Positions 26,596 to 39,407 of a stretch of DNA of 64,000 nt are shown one piece after another. Both the position numbers and the translations under genes were made by a program. Each line of letters starts with the position of its first letter. Position 1 is the first letter of the stretch. The notes under the pieces were generated by a model. That model saw nothing but the letters and a program-made list of their open reading frames with translations, was not told the DNA's origin and searched no databases. Source of the DNA: Isurus oxyrinchus (taxonomy: Eukaryota); contig JANJGN010000026.1 in NCBI GenBank assembly GCA_026770705.1, positions 33,356,001-33,420,000 on the forward strand. The letters run 5' to 3'.

Positions 26596-27108
26596 TAATC
26601 TGTTCTTATACCTTTGAAAGTCTTTTTTGTGCTCGCTGTGTGAGGGTCGGAGAGGATGTGTTGTTAAGCGCCAACAATGATTTCAACCAGTTCACTTGGA
26701 TATCTCTTAACATATTTCGGGAACATTAAAGCATCAAAAAAGTTTTTTAAAAATACACAGACTAATCTGACAACAAAAAGCACGAAATAATGGGGCACGT
26801 GACAATGATTGGAAGAGACGGTCTTTGCTTCGGGATCGGGTAACAAGCTCAGTGTCTGCCATCGTCGGCTGCTCTTGAGGAAGACCCAAAGACACGGTTG
26901 TGGGGAAGGGGAACCACATAATTTTCAGCAAACAGTTAGCCCAGAGGAACAAATGGAAGAGAGAAACAGTGAGTCAATCTGTTTGTTCACTGACCTGTAA
27001 CTAAGGTGCAGATTGTAATTTCATTGTCCCTCTGGAGACTGTCATTTAGAATAAATGAGGGATGCTTTGATACACAGCTTCGGTAATTCCTTGAGTTTCT
27101 GAGAGACG

Positions 27109-27178
27109 ATGCACGGGCCAGCAAAAGGCCTCTTCTTCGCTATTTGCTATCCCATTCTCGCTGTTATTGGTGCGCCTG
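27109..27178 (+). CDS. GPR139/GPR142-like class A GPCR, exon 1
   Basis: ATG...MHGPAKGLFFAICYPILAVIGAP + G|GTAAGT (70 nt, phase 1); supplies the first half of TM1 and splices in frame to 28658. Confidence 0.85.
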
Positions 27179-28657
27179 GTAAGTGATGAATCCCGAATAA
27201 ATGTTTGTGTTGATGTAAATCTCCAGATGTTTAGTCTCTTCTCTTCAGAGTCTGCATTTAAGGGAGTTCAATCGAATTATATCGGTGCTCTGTATGATAT
27301 TATACTGTGTTATGTTGGATTATAGCTCTACTTGCGCTTGCATTATGGGGCATTGCAAAATATTATTCAATTTATTATGCTGCATATTTAGAGAAATGCT
27401 TTTTATTAGAATGCTGACATATGAATTGTAATGTTTGCCTTTGCATAGACATTAACCTGTTATATTGTTGAACATCGTGTTTTATTCTAATCCAGTCAAA
27501 TGCAATCTAGCATTTTGAGTATTGAGCGAGATCATTGCATATCATCATGTACTGACATGCATTTTCGTGCGCTGGTCCTATCAATATATCAGAAAATTAA
27601 TTGTTACAGTGCAATTATTCAATTAAATGAATTGTAATATAAAATACTTTCAGTGATAATACACATATACAATGCAACCTCTAGAAGTATGTAAAATTTA
27701 CAGTATGATTTCCCACTGGGCAGTCCTAATTGTTAATCTGGCTTTGGGATTTAATTATGGAATCGTTTGAAAAAGGGGAGTGAGGTCTCAAGATTTTTAA
27801 TGTGCTTTGCTTTGTGCTGGTAGGTCTTATAAATTTTGGATAGTTATATTTTTAATCAGCAGCGGGATGTGGGTGTCCGTGACAAGATCAACATTTATTG
27901 CTCTTCACTAGTTTCCACTTCAGAAAGTGGGGTTGCATTTGTTTCTTCAGCCGATCCTGTATGTATGGCACGGATGCTTCACAGGAACTTCACCTGATTA
28001 ATTTCATACTGAACGGCGCAAGGGGATATTTGACCAAAGGGTACTCACAGAGTTTACTTCTAAGGAACGTTCTAAAGAGGAAAGAAGAGCTGGAGCCGTA
28101 GAGGGAGGGGTTTTCAGAGATCAGAGCATCGGCAGCTAAACGCTGAACCTCTACAAATGAAAAGATTAATGCCAGGGGCACGAAACTGCAGAATTGGAAG
28201 CATATGATGGATCTCAGACAGTTGCAGTGTGTTACAGGAATTGAAGAAGGCGAGATAACAGAAGAAATTAAAAATAGACGGACGAGGTTATTAAAACAGA
28301 GACGTTGCCATTCAGGGGGGCATTGGGCTGATGGATGGGCGGAACTTTTGCCGTTTTATGCCAATAAGGGCAGCGGTAGCATATGTTTCAGATAATCTTA
28401 AATTGGATAGTTAGGCCTGAAGATTGCCTCAGTGTACAGAGAGTGAAGTTTGGAGTGAGAATGAGAGGATTGCCTCATGTTTTGACTAATAGTTAATCCA
28501 GCATTGGATGCCAGACAATTACCAAAGACTTGACAATAGTCGCAGCCTGGAGGTGGCAAAATGACGGGTAAGGAGGGTTTAATTAACAGATTCGATGAGG
28601 CAGTATCTCATGTTTGGAATCCGCTTGGTAACATCTCTACCCCTTTATCCCTCACAG

Positions 28658-29559
28658 CCAACTTGCTAGCGATCGTAATTCTATCTCGAGGGTGCTGCGG
28701 GCTCTCCCGCTGCACCACCTACTACCTGGTGGCAATCGCGGTGAGCGATTTCCTGGTCATCATCACCGCCGGCATCCTCAACCGGATCGGCCGCATCTAC
28801 TTTCAGGACAGTGTCCTCTCCACCACTCCCGCATGCGCACTCAGCAATGTGCTAGTCTTTACCATCCGGGATGTGTCAGTCTGGCTGACGGTCGCCTTCA
28901 CCATTGACCGTTTTGTGGCCATCTGCTGTCAGAGCCTGAAGACCAGATATTGCACTGAGAAAACTGCGTTGCTGGTTATAGGACTGGTCAGCGCCCTGAG
29001 CTGCGTGAGGAATGCCCCTTTCTACTTCAGCTACCAGCCTTTGTACATCCTGGACGGAGTGTCCTGTTTCTGTGCCATTAAGCCTGCCTTTTATATTCTT
29101 ACCGCCTGGCACGCCTTCGATTGGCTGGACCACATCTTAACCCCCTTTCTCCCATTCCTCCTCATTCTGCTTCTCAATGCCCTGATCGTAAGGCACATTC
29201 TAATGGCCAGCAGAGCCCGCAGGAGGCTCCGGGGCACCGAGAGTCACGGAGACCAGGAAATCATCAATCGCAAGCGGTCCATTGTCCTGCTTTTTGCCAT
29301 CTCGCTCAGCTTCCTCCTCCTGTGGGCCATCTTTGTTGGACATTTCCTCTATGTACGGATTACAGGCGAGGGTTATCTCACCAGCCTGAATTTCAATGAT
29401 CCAGATTACATCCTTCAGGAGACCACCAACATGCTCCAGTTGTTCAGTTCCTGCAACAATGTCTTCATCTATGCCGTGACCCAGAACAAGTTCCGAGAAC
29501 AGCTGAAGAAAGTCATGATGTGTCCCTTCACCACGGTCACTGTTTGCTTTAAATGGTAA
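28658..29559 (+). CDS. GPR139/GPR142-like class A GPCR, exon 2 (spliced protein 323 aa, intact)
   Basis: Acceptor CCCTCACAG at 28657; ANLLAIVILSRG...LVAIAVSDFL (TM2), SVWLTVAFTIDRFVAICC (DRY variant), PFL (TM5), LLW (TM6), SCNNVFIY (NPxxY variant); no stops. Confidence 0.92.
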
Positions 29560-30893
29560 AAACAGGTTAAAACACCTTTGCGTTAATTCACTTCCATCAG
29601 AGTAGTTCAGTGTGTCACTCTGTCCAGCATAAAAAAGTCCTAGGCTCTGTCTCTCGGACTTGAGAGATGTAAGGCCCGTATTCCAATGGCGACAGTCCCC
29701 CTGTCTGAAGGGATTTTGAAATATCACAGTTGCTGCCTGCCTAGATGAGATAAAAGGCTGATTCTTCCTTTCTCTTTCTTTCTTTCCTTCTTTCTTCCTT
29801 TCTCAGTCATACCGCTAAGTCTCTAACCCCTCGAAGTTTACACCGAATGCAGAAAGGAAAGCATTTGAACAAATGGGAAATTCTTCCTTTCTCAGTGAAT
29901 CGTGATCTGAAATTTGTTGCCTGAAAGGGAGCTGGGCGCACAGTGGATTAAAATTTTCAAATGTTCATTAATAAATACTGGAACAGGACGACATTTAGAA
30001 AAGAGCAAGGGAAACTAAGTAACTTGATGGATCTATCAGAAACCCGGAATACACATCGTGGCCTACTGACCTCCTCCAAAACTCTATTGTTACACAACAC
30101 TGCAGTGGTATTTCACACTGGATGAAGACCCTTATAAGAAATGCTGCAGCTAATTGCTCAGCGTCAGATCCCCAATCTCATTCGGAACATTGAAGGCCAC
30201 CTATCTGCTCATCGGTTGGTGAGAGAGTTTGGGTGGGAGCAAAATAAAGCAAATGCTGGAAATCAGAAATAAAAACAGAAAAGGTTGGAAAACTCAGCAG
30301 GCCTGACAGTGTCTGTGGAAGAGTCATGAAGACATGAAACGTTAACTTTGTTCCTCTTTCCACAGATGCTGCCAGGCATATTGAGTTTTTCCTGTATTTT
30401 CCATTTTTATTTCAGAGTATAGATGGATGCGGGAGGTTCAAAACACAGCAAAACAATGACATACCCTCTTATAATATTAACAGCGACAGTGGATGATCTA
30501 ATGAAATGAAAACAAAACAGGTGTCTGCGGTCACATGAACAGAGTCGAAATATGTCATGATGTAATCACAACATATGAACTAATCTCCTGAAGAGAACCG
30601 GTTTAATTTAATAGAGACATGTTCTGATAAATTCATACCAGAGAAAGGAACTAATCTAATATAAACTTGTATCTGTTTTACTTCATCAATAACTGAGCCA
30701 GAAATTCACGTTATATAAAAAGAGAAACTCTGAAGTGTAATCAAAGTTTAAACAGGATCGCCTGTTATTTAAGCAATGGCATGTCCTTGCACAATGTTAA
30801 ATGAGACCTGGTGTGTGTAAGATAACCAGTGACTTGCATTTGCAAACAGAATGATGTGTTTTGTACACACATGCGCTTTAGATAGTGTATATG

Positions 30894-31460
30894 TGTTGTG
30901 GTCACTTTGACAAACGGACCACAGGAGTCTCAGGTGCAGGTCACGATCGTTTATTCGAGCAATTGCAAGGAGAGAACCATCTCAATACAGCTTGAGATAG
31001 CACTCTGCTAAATTACAAGTGTTCAACATATTAATACATTATTGGTCACATACAAGAACAGTTTCCAGATTCTGATCTCGTCAACATGTAGGTTTACATT
31101 AAACATAAATCTCTGGTAACAGGTACATGCATTGCATGTCCCTATTTTCACCCAGGCAGAGACTTTCCTTCCCACCTAAACTGGGACCATCTGTCCTTCC
31201 CCTATCTGTTGAAGAGCACACATAAACTTCGTTGTTTTCCAACCTAAGTCTCCAGTCTAACTCCCAGGACCTTGCTAGTGATTGCAAACCCTGAGGGTGG
31301 ACAAAGTTTGAGAGTGTGTCAGGTTCATCCGGTTTAACTGTTTAATTGTTGATTTACTGGTTTGTGCTGGCCTGCCTATAGATTCTAATTTAAATAATTC
31401 ATTCCCTTATAATGAATTCTCCTTTACCATAAATTCTCATTTACTTTCTTCCCCCTAACA
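30894..31460 (-). mobile_element. 3' LTR of an LTR retroelement/ERV
   Basis: Minus-strand termini TGTT...AACA, CCAAT and TATA-like boxes ~31045-31025, AATAAA at 30955-30950, directly downstream of env-like remnants. Confidence 0.65.
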
Positions 31461-32820
31461 GGCCCTTTTGGCCCATGGACTAGCCCAAGGCAGCCAACAA
31501 TAGTGATACTGTCCGTCCCTTTACACACCGTTGCCCATTGATGCTGGCCAGTCGTCCAGCTTTGGATTGTAATGGCTACTGCCAGGTCACCTGTGTCATC
31601 TGGCCCTCCAATTCAAGCCTCTGGCTTCAAGATCTCCCCCAGCACCACCTCTTTTGCCACTTTTGGGTACAATGAATCAAGTATCTTAAATATGTAACTA
31701 GTATCAGCTGAATCACAACCAGTGCATAGGAGGTCGTCCGAATCCACGGCTGTATTTGTACATTTGAGCCCCAATTCCTCCACCACCATGTGGAGGAAGC
31801 TATTTGCTCGATATCCTCTTTTAATGCTCCACCCTGTTGCTGTAGTTTATAATATGTTTTGTATATCTGCTGAGCCTGTCTCCGAATTTTGGTTAGGTGC
31901 TCGGGTAAAGTGGGAGTTTCATGGGACAACTGGTTGAAATACTGTGCCTCGTTATCCTTACGGCTTTCCTTGACCTGAATAGTAGTCGTTCTATTCTTGT
32001 ACATTTCAACCAGTTCCACTTACCCTACCCTTGCTGGCGCCTGTGAGTGTTGGCACACTGAATGATTATGTATGGTCACATCGGTTGTTCCCGTATTGGA
32101 TCTTCTGCTGCCATGTGGTAATACAATCTCTCCCATTCCCCATGTATGAAACATGGGTCGGTTCTTTTGCAGCCCATATTGTTTCCATTGTACAATGTTG
32201 TTGCTGCTTTAAATCAGCACTTAGCTTCACCTGTCTCTTTTATTGGGTGTGCATACCACTGCGTTGGCCTCTATCCTGCACTCTTCTAACGTGGTCCTAA
32301 CTATATTCCTTTCTATGTCTACTGCATATGGTGGAATGTCATGATATCTAATGAAGTAATTCTCCCATATAACGCCAATAATTTCTACTCTATGTCCTGC
32401 CGAGTGTTAAAATAGGAATGACAGGTATTACTAATACAATACCTATTAGCATATTACTATTCACTATACATTCAACATTCATTCTATATACGCATTTTAA
32501 GCCTCTGAGCAGGCAATGGTCAAGTCAAGACCCTTGTATCGTGAAAGGTTAAATAAATGCTCATTAGTTACCCATAAAGGATCTACCCCTTCATTAATCT
32601 GTCTTAAGTTCCCTCGTGCTTGTTCCAGTGCCCAGGATCTATAAGTGCTGCAAACATCACTTCTGCCTGCTTCGTCCGATATATTTTTCCCCATTGCAGT
32701 GAGTTTGTTGATAGTCCCCGCATGACTTTCGAGCATGGTAGCCAGACTTCGGATTAATCGTGTCATGCCCTGGCCTGTATTTAATTGGGTGTTATGAATT
32801 ATGATAGCCGTCAGGTGTTC
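31461..32820 (-). mobile_element. Degraded env-like (fusion glycoprotein) remnant
   Basis: ORF pieces with heptad-like helices (TRLIRSLATMLESHAGTINKL; IYKTYYKLQQQGGALKEDIEQI), a Trp-rich stretch and a hydrophobic TM-like segment (YALVVIQLILVTYL) ahead of the LTR. Confidence 0.55.
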
Positions 32821-35800
32821 AATGCAATTAATGATCTAAAGTAAAATAGCAAAACGTGCCATTTCTATTTGCCTCATGCAAAAAAAAACTAAAATGTAAA
32901 ATCGACGAGAAGCGAAAGCAACTTACAAATAAGTATTAATTGAAATGAGTAAAGGAGGAGAAAGAAATCAGTATTGAGTGCAAGAAGTGAGGAATAAGTT
33001 GTTGATGCTGTTCAAACGGACTTCAGAAGTGAAAGCGAGACAAGGAACGTTTGATAAAATGTAACTAAAATGTGCAATGTGCACACTCAGCGTATTTTAA
33101 TAGAATAAAATGTTATTTGTTTAATTACATTTTGTATGCATGCTTCTTTCACAATGTCACAGTTAATCGCCCCTGATTGAACCAGAATCTCAGTATTTTA
33201 TTCCGTGCTGTGCCTGCTCTGGGGAGCATTTGATGGTACAGCATGGGAGGGCTTTACCCTGTACCTGTTCCTTGCTCCATCTACCCTGAAAGTGTTTTCT
33301 GGGGAGTTGCAGAGGGATTTGTATCTAACCCATGCGGTTAGTCTGGAAATGAGAGATTGGGCAGAGTAGAGGGAGATTTGTTCTGCATCATACCTGTGCT
33401 GTTCCTGTCCTTGCAGTCTTTCATTCGGCCGTATCGAGAGAGAATTTCTCGGCATCTAATTGACACGTTTAGATGATGATCAATATAGATCGAAATAAAA
33501 TTTGTAAGGAACTGACATATATAAATTACAAAATGTTTATCAACCTTGATTGAATAACTTTAATTTTGATTGATGTCCATTCTTGATGAAGAGGCAAGAC
33601 GTGACACAGGGCTTCCGTCCTTAGGAAATGAACACTGCAACTTTATCAACCGTGGAATTAGTAATGCAAAGTTTATGTCGTTAATGCAAATGAACATGGT
33701 TTGTGTTAGTGACTTGGGCATACTAGGGAACTGAGGCCATAATCTCAGAAATGATGCAGAGAATAATCTTTAGCAACTAGAAAACAATAAAAACAAGATT
33801 TACAGTGCTAATAAAATCAACGTAAAAGCATCTGTAATGAACTGGCATAATAATAATACAGGAAAATCATAAAGCAATATTTGAGAAGAAATGGAGAATC
33901 CGTGATTCACAGGCGGGATTCCACTGGATGGCTCTCCAGACCTCATCCTTGCCCCAAACTTACAGAACTCTCAGTTCTCTGTTGCTACACGTGGTGCCTT
34001 TGCTTTGTGACATCACACGGAACATGGTGGTGCATTAAAAGCAAGAGTTTATGATTAAACCGCAGGTGTTATGGCACAGGAGACTTACAGTGACCTCTAC
34101 GAATCATTGTTTCCATGGCCCAATCACACATGGAGATCTGAAGAAGATGGCTAACAACGGTTTCAGCCAAAATAGCTCCTCAATGTGTCCTATTCAGACA
34201 GCGAGTTTTGTAAATCATTTTTTGACTGAATGTCGTTTTATTGGCGACAAATTGAAATTGTCTGGAAAATACTGACTCCCACTGTAACTGGAATCCTACT
34301 CTTCCACAACATCCCCGCCTCCTTCTGCGCAAGTAATATTTACCGTGATAAAATAATGACGACATTGCATAAAGAGTGCATACGGAGATACAAATTAGGA
34401 GTAGGAGTAGCCCTATCGGCCTCTCGAGCTCACTTTGCCATTCACTAAGATCATGGCTGACATGATTGTGGCCTCAACTTCATTTTTCTTTCGACCCGTG
34501 ATAATCTTTTACTCCTTTGTCAATCAAGAATCTATTTAAATCAGCTTTTATAATATTCAATGGCCCAGACTCCACTGCTTTCTGGGGAAGAGACTGTAAA
34601 GACTCATGACCCTATGAGCGACAAAAAAAATCTCCTTATCTTAAATTGGAGACCACATATTTTTTAAACCCTGTCCCCTAGTTATGGTCTCCCTCAAAAG
34701 GGAAAACATATTTTCCACATCCACCTTATGGAGATAATAAATAGAGTGCACGTTTGTGTGAAGCTCATCATTATTAATGTGTGCTAATGCATGCCCCTGG
34801 TTATCTTGAACTAAACGCTGTCTCATTTAGTGCTGCAGGCGACCATGCCTTTGTTTAATTTACATAAGATCATGCTGCCATTGTTATTGTCCTTGAGCAT
34901 GAGACATAACGGCAATCCCGGTCTCAGTTAGCAATGCAGTGCACCGTGCCTTTGTTCATGTTACCGTAGTTGCTGGCTCTAGTATTAATCAACTACACAT
35001 TGTCTCCATCGCAATAAACCGCATCTCCTTTTATCAAATTAAATACCATCCCAGTGATTATGTCATGGCACCTTTTATCTCTGTTCATATTACGTTAGAA
35101 ACAGTTTTTCTTTCTGTAGCATTAGACCTTCCCTGTCGCTCTTCATATACACCAGACCATGCTAATGTGCAAATATATGTAATGGAAGCAGGAACAGATC
35201 ACTCGAACCCTCGAGTTCGTTCCACCAGTCAATAACATCCTGACTGATCTGATTGTAACATCGACCTCACATTCCCGCCAACCTCCGATAACCTTTCGCG
35301 CCACCTCGGCCACCGTGACACACTTTTGGGTTGGCCTGAGGTCGCGAAAAGCACGGTTGACACCCACACAGCACTGGGCGATGTCAGTCGAACACTGCGC
35401 CCATGCTGGGTTTCTTAAAGAACTATTCAGTTATCAAGAGAGGCGCTTCAACTCGGCGAACAAGGCGAAGACATCGGACTACAATGTTTGGAAGGGAGGG
35501 TGGGGGCGTTGGGGGTGGGAGTGCGGGGGTAAAAACAAAAACTGCCGGCTTTTTATAAAGAAGGAGCTGAAAGCCGGCCATGTTTGTATTGATGAGTAAA
35601 CTGCAAATTTGTTTCCACTTTCCAATAAATGACGTTATTCATTCTGAAAGGAAACGATTGTGTCCATTACTCCAGCCGTATTTCCCTTTAGAAATAGTAG
35701 ATAACTGCCAGTTCGTTACACTCTCCTGCTCTTTTCACTTTGCCCCTCTTTTCCAGTATTTATCCAATTCCCATTTGGAAGTTACTGTTTAATCCGTGCC

Positions 35801-35860
35801 CAGCTTCCTTCCAGGCAGCACATTCGGGGCCAAAATTCACGTCTCAAAAATAACTCCTCA

Positions 35861-37519
35861 TGTTATCAAATACGTTATTTTAAGTGTAAGGGCTAAACGT
35901 GGAGATCGAGTCTCTGAGGTGTGGAGTTGTTGCTGAGAAAGAATGAATGAAAGAAAGAAAAATAATCAGGCATTTACATAGCGCCCTTCCCGGCCTCAGG
36001 GCGCCCAAAGGGCTTTACAGCCAATTAGAAACTGTTGTAACGCAGGAAACGCGGCAACAAAATGTGGGCAGAGCAAGATTCCACAAAAAGTAATGTGATA
36101 AATGAGCATAAAACTGGTCCCACTGGTGTTAAATGAAGGATAAATATTGGCCAAGCGAACTGGGGGGAACACTTTGCTATTTTTTTTAAATTGTTGAATA
36201 GAGACAATGAGACATTTTGCAATTCACCTGAGGGCGTAAACATAGGCCATCGTTCATCATCTCACCCAGAAAGACAGCATGTTCGATGACTCAGGGTTCC
36301 TTCAGTACAGACAACAAGAGACTGTCGGCGATGGAATATGAGATTTACATACCTCGATTGAGGGAGCTTGAGTGGATGATTTGTTATTAAGGTGACAGAG
36401 AGTTTTATGCACTGAGAGACTCTGATGGAAGAGGAACACCATGAGGGGATTTTATTATTTTTCACCAGTTAAGGATGTGATCTTACCTGTTTGTCCGGGG
36501 CGGGCAGAGGCGGAGGATGACAAGCACAGAATGCCCTGGGGGTTTCAGCATGAGCTTGGAATGTGCCAGTCTGCGCATACTCAGCCCAGTGATCTGCAGT
36601 GGGGAGCATTGCAGTCATCACCAAGGCGCCTGCGTGGTGATGGTGGCTCACAAACACGACAATGGGACACGGGCATGGTTACAGGTGGCGGGAAAAGATA
36701 AACCCAGGTTACTGTGTGAGTTGATCAGCAAGAAAGAGGGACCAGGCAGCAAACAGGATGCTGTTAGCTGGCTATGTAGAGCTGGGGCTCAGGCGAAGTC
36801 ACAGATGCCGTTTGATAGCTCCGTGCACTTAGAGTTCAGAAGCCCTGGGCAGTAGAGAAAGGCAGCAGAAGGTGGCAGTCTCCATGCTGCTAAGAGGGTT
36901 AGGGCTCAGTGGAAGCTGTGGGAGCCACTGATAGCTTGGTGCAGATGGGGAGATTGGAGCTCAGTAAAATGCCCGGGCAGTGGCAGCAGTGAAGCTAGCT
37001 GTATGTTCAAGAGCTGAAATTGTGCCAATGATTAGAGATTGATGTGGAAAATCGGCATATAAGATCAAACCACCGGGAGGTGAACAGCTGTGAGGCAGTC
37101 CAAGTCAGAGCAGCTTTCGAGAGGATTCAGAGGGTTGTTCTTTGAAAATGAAGAGAGGAATCCCTCGTGAGGGAGACAAAGATTCTGTGGCTCACTGTGC
37201 TCACTGACGTCTTGGTGGGTTGCTGAGAAATCCATGGAATCTGTCTTGGTCTCATCTGCCTTTCAATATGCAGTGAAGTCTGTTCAACCACAATTTGCTC
37301 ACTATTTCATATTTACCTTATGTTAATTATGAATATTAGAGTATCAGATTGATATTGCAAATTGTTTTACATTGTTCCATTTGCATGGTGCTGCCAAAGC
37401 TTATTTTGTTTATTCGAAACTGTGAAATATTGTGGCTGTATTCTGATAGTAAGCAACCGGGATTTCGAACTTTGTCTACTTTAAACAAAACATTAGTGGT
37501 CCCTAACTGCTTGATAACA
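35861..37519. mobile_element. Possible solo LTR with nested insertions
   Basis: Inverted termini TGTTATCAA...TTGATAACA; no convincing TSD. Confidence 0.35.
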
Positions 37520-37521
37520 CA

Positions 37522-38414
37522 CTATTTAAAGCAAAAGGCAAGGGTCACAAAGGGGACATTTCAGCACCTTCTGCAGCTCATCCCTGAACTTGGTCTGGGC
37601 AACTGCGAAGATGAAGATGTTATTGCAGGAACTGAATAACAGGAGCATGTTGGCTGTCTCCTGAAGGATGAAGTGCGGGTCATTGAAATCTAGGCCGGTG
37701 AAATAGGCATCATCCACAACCTGCACGTAGAGGAAATGTCTGACATAGGTGACCACCAGGAGGAGGAAGCTGAAGGAGGTGGAGAAGAGCAGGGCAATGG
37801 ACCTCTTGCAGTTGGCAATCTCCGGGTCTCCATGACCCTCGATGTCCCGGACCGTCCTGCGTGTTCTGCTAAGATGTGCCTTACGGTCAGGGCATTGAGC
37901 AGCAGAATGAGGTGGAACGGGAAGAAAGGGATCAAGATGTGATCTAGCCAGTCGTAGGCCTGCCAGGTGGGCAAAATGTAGTAGCTGGACTTAATGTCGC
38001 AGAACGAAAACACCCCATCCAGAATATACAAGGGCTGGTAGGTGAAGTAGAAAGGGACGTTCTTGGTGCAGCCCAGGGCACTGACCAGTCCTAGAACCAA
38101 TAACGCAGTTTTCTCGGTGCAGTATCTGGTCTTCGGGCCCTGATTGCAGATGGACACAAAACGGTCAAAAATTAAGGTCACTGTCAGCCAGACTGAGACA
38201 TCCCGGGTGACATGGACAAACACGGTGCTGACAGCGCACCCTGGAGTGGTAGATAGGACACTATACCTAAAGTAAATGCCACCAATCCGGTTGAGGATAA
38301 TGGCATCGCTCATGACAAGGACATCGGTCACCGCTATCGCCACCAGGTAGTTAGTGATGCATCGGGAGAGCCCGCACCGCCCTCGGGATAGGATTATGAT
38401 CACCACCAAGTTGG
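37522..38414 (-). pseudogene. GPR139-like GPCR pseudogene (exon 2 only), inverted paralog of 28658-29559
   Basis: NLVVIIILSRGRCGLSRCITNYLVAIAVTD...DRFVSIC...FILQETANMLLLFSSCNNIFIFAV; frameshifts near 37860 and 37760; acceptor mutated AG>AT; no exon 1 found. Confidence 0.93.
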
Positions 38415-38643
38415 ATGTAAGAAATAAAAAGAGAGAAAAAAAACTGAGAGAACTCCAGACACCATCTACTGCCTCATCCAATCTATTGCTGAAACTCTGA
38501 CGATCAGTCCCTTCACCACCTCCAGACTCCAATTATTCCAAATTAGTTGCTAACTGTTCGACATCCAATGTTGCATTGAACATTTGTCAACACAGAGGAC
38601 ATTACAATCAGTTCTGGTCACAAACTCTGCCCTCTATCCACTG

Positions 38644-39142
38644 CGCCTCGTCTTCCACACTCAGGCCGCTTATATTGAGATAACCGGACTGTTTAGTCTT
38701 GTCAGCAGCCGCCAGATATCGTCCTGAGATTTCATCTTTTCTCAGTCCTACTACTTTGGTAATTATCCAGCTTGGAGGCTGTGCCGATTTATGCCGATAC
38801 CATTGCATAATGTCTATAGCCTGGTCTGTATATTCGCAATCTAACTGCACCGAACCCCCTTCTGACACGGTTAACATCACTGGGGTCTGAGTTACTGGAT
38901 CGGCACACAGTCCGCCTGTGAAAATAGAGAAACAGAAGAGTATACGGTTAAAGAGGATCCATCTAAACATCTAAATAACTGCGCAAATTCCCATGAACAA
39001 AGCTGTTCATAATATGTATACATCTGCTCGTTAATCCTATTAATTGCTAGTGCAAACCCTTTGCCTCAATCTGCTAATGTGTTTTGATTAACATAATCCA
39101 GTACTTACTGCCCCAGACAGCCGCCAGTATAATCAGAAACAT
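38644..39142 (-). pseudogene. TCR alpha/delta V, 3'-truncated (no YYC, no RSS)
   Basis: Leader MFLIILAAVWG (39142-39109, GTAAGT); V exon from 38915 GLCADPVTQTP...LDCEY...MQWYRH...GLSVEDEA, open until the breakpoint. Confidence 0.92.
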
Positions 39143-39223
39143 GTCTGTCCGAATCTCTTTCAGAGAATGTGAATGGAATGAGCCAGAGATTGAAGAGGAG
39201 AGAGGGAACACCGGCTTTGTTCC

Positions 39224-39320
39224 GCTCATTGTTCCACCCACACACTGCGGGGGGCCAGGCCCGTTGTGATCTCATTGTTCCACCCACACACTGCAGGGGG
39301 CCAGGCCCGTTGTGATCTCA
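39224..39320. repeat. 45-bp tandem duplication in a V promoter
   Basis: CTCATTGTTCCACCCACACACTGC(G/A)GGGGGCCAGGCCCGTTGTGAT x2. Confidence 0.9.
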
Positions 39321-39389
39321 CTCAGGAAACCATTTCTATTGGTCTTGACGTTGGCCACACGTGACTTTCTAATTAGCATGCTTGGGCTT

Positions 39390-39407
39390 GGCGCCCTCTG
39401 CTGGTGG
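39390..39407 (-). promoter_or_regulatory. CTCF-like motif upstream of V leader
   Basis: CCACCAGCAGAGGGCGCC on the minus strand. Confidence 0.7.

Noticed and set aside
28561-28657. ORF-track N-terminus of the GPCR as a single-exon gene
   Set aside because: It is intron: there is a polypyrimidine tract and AG at 28657, and a better exon 1 at 27109-27178 completes TM1.
37690-38970. Functional V-GPCR chimeric protein
   Set aside because: The V frame stops at 38608, the GPCR acceptor is AT, and the GPCR has frameshifts.
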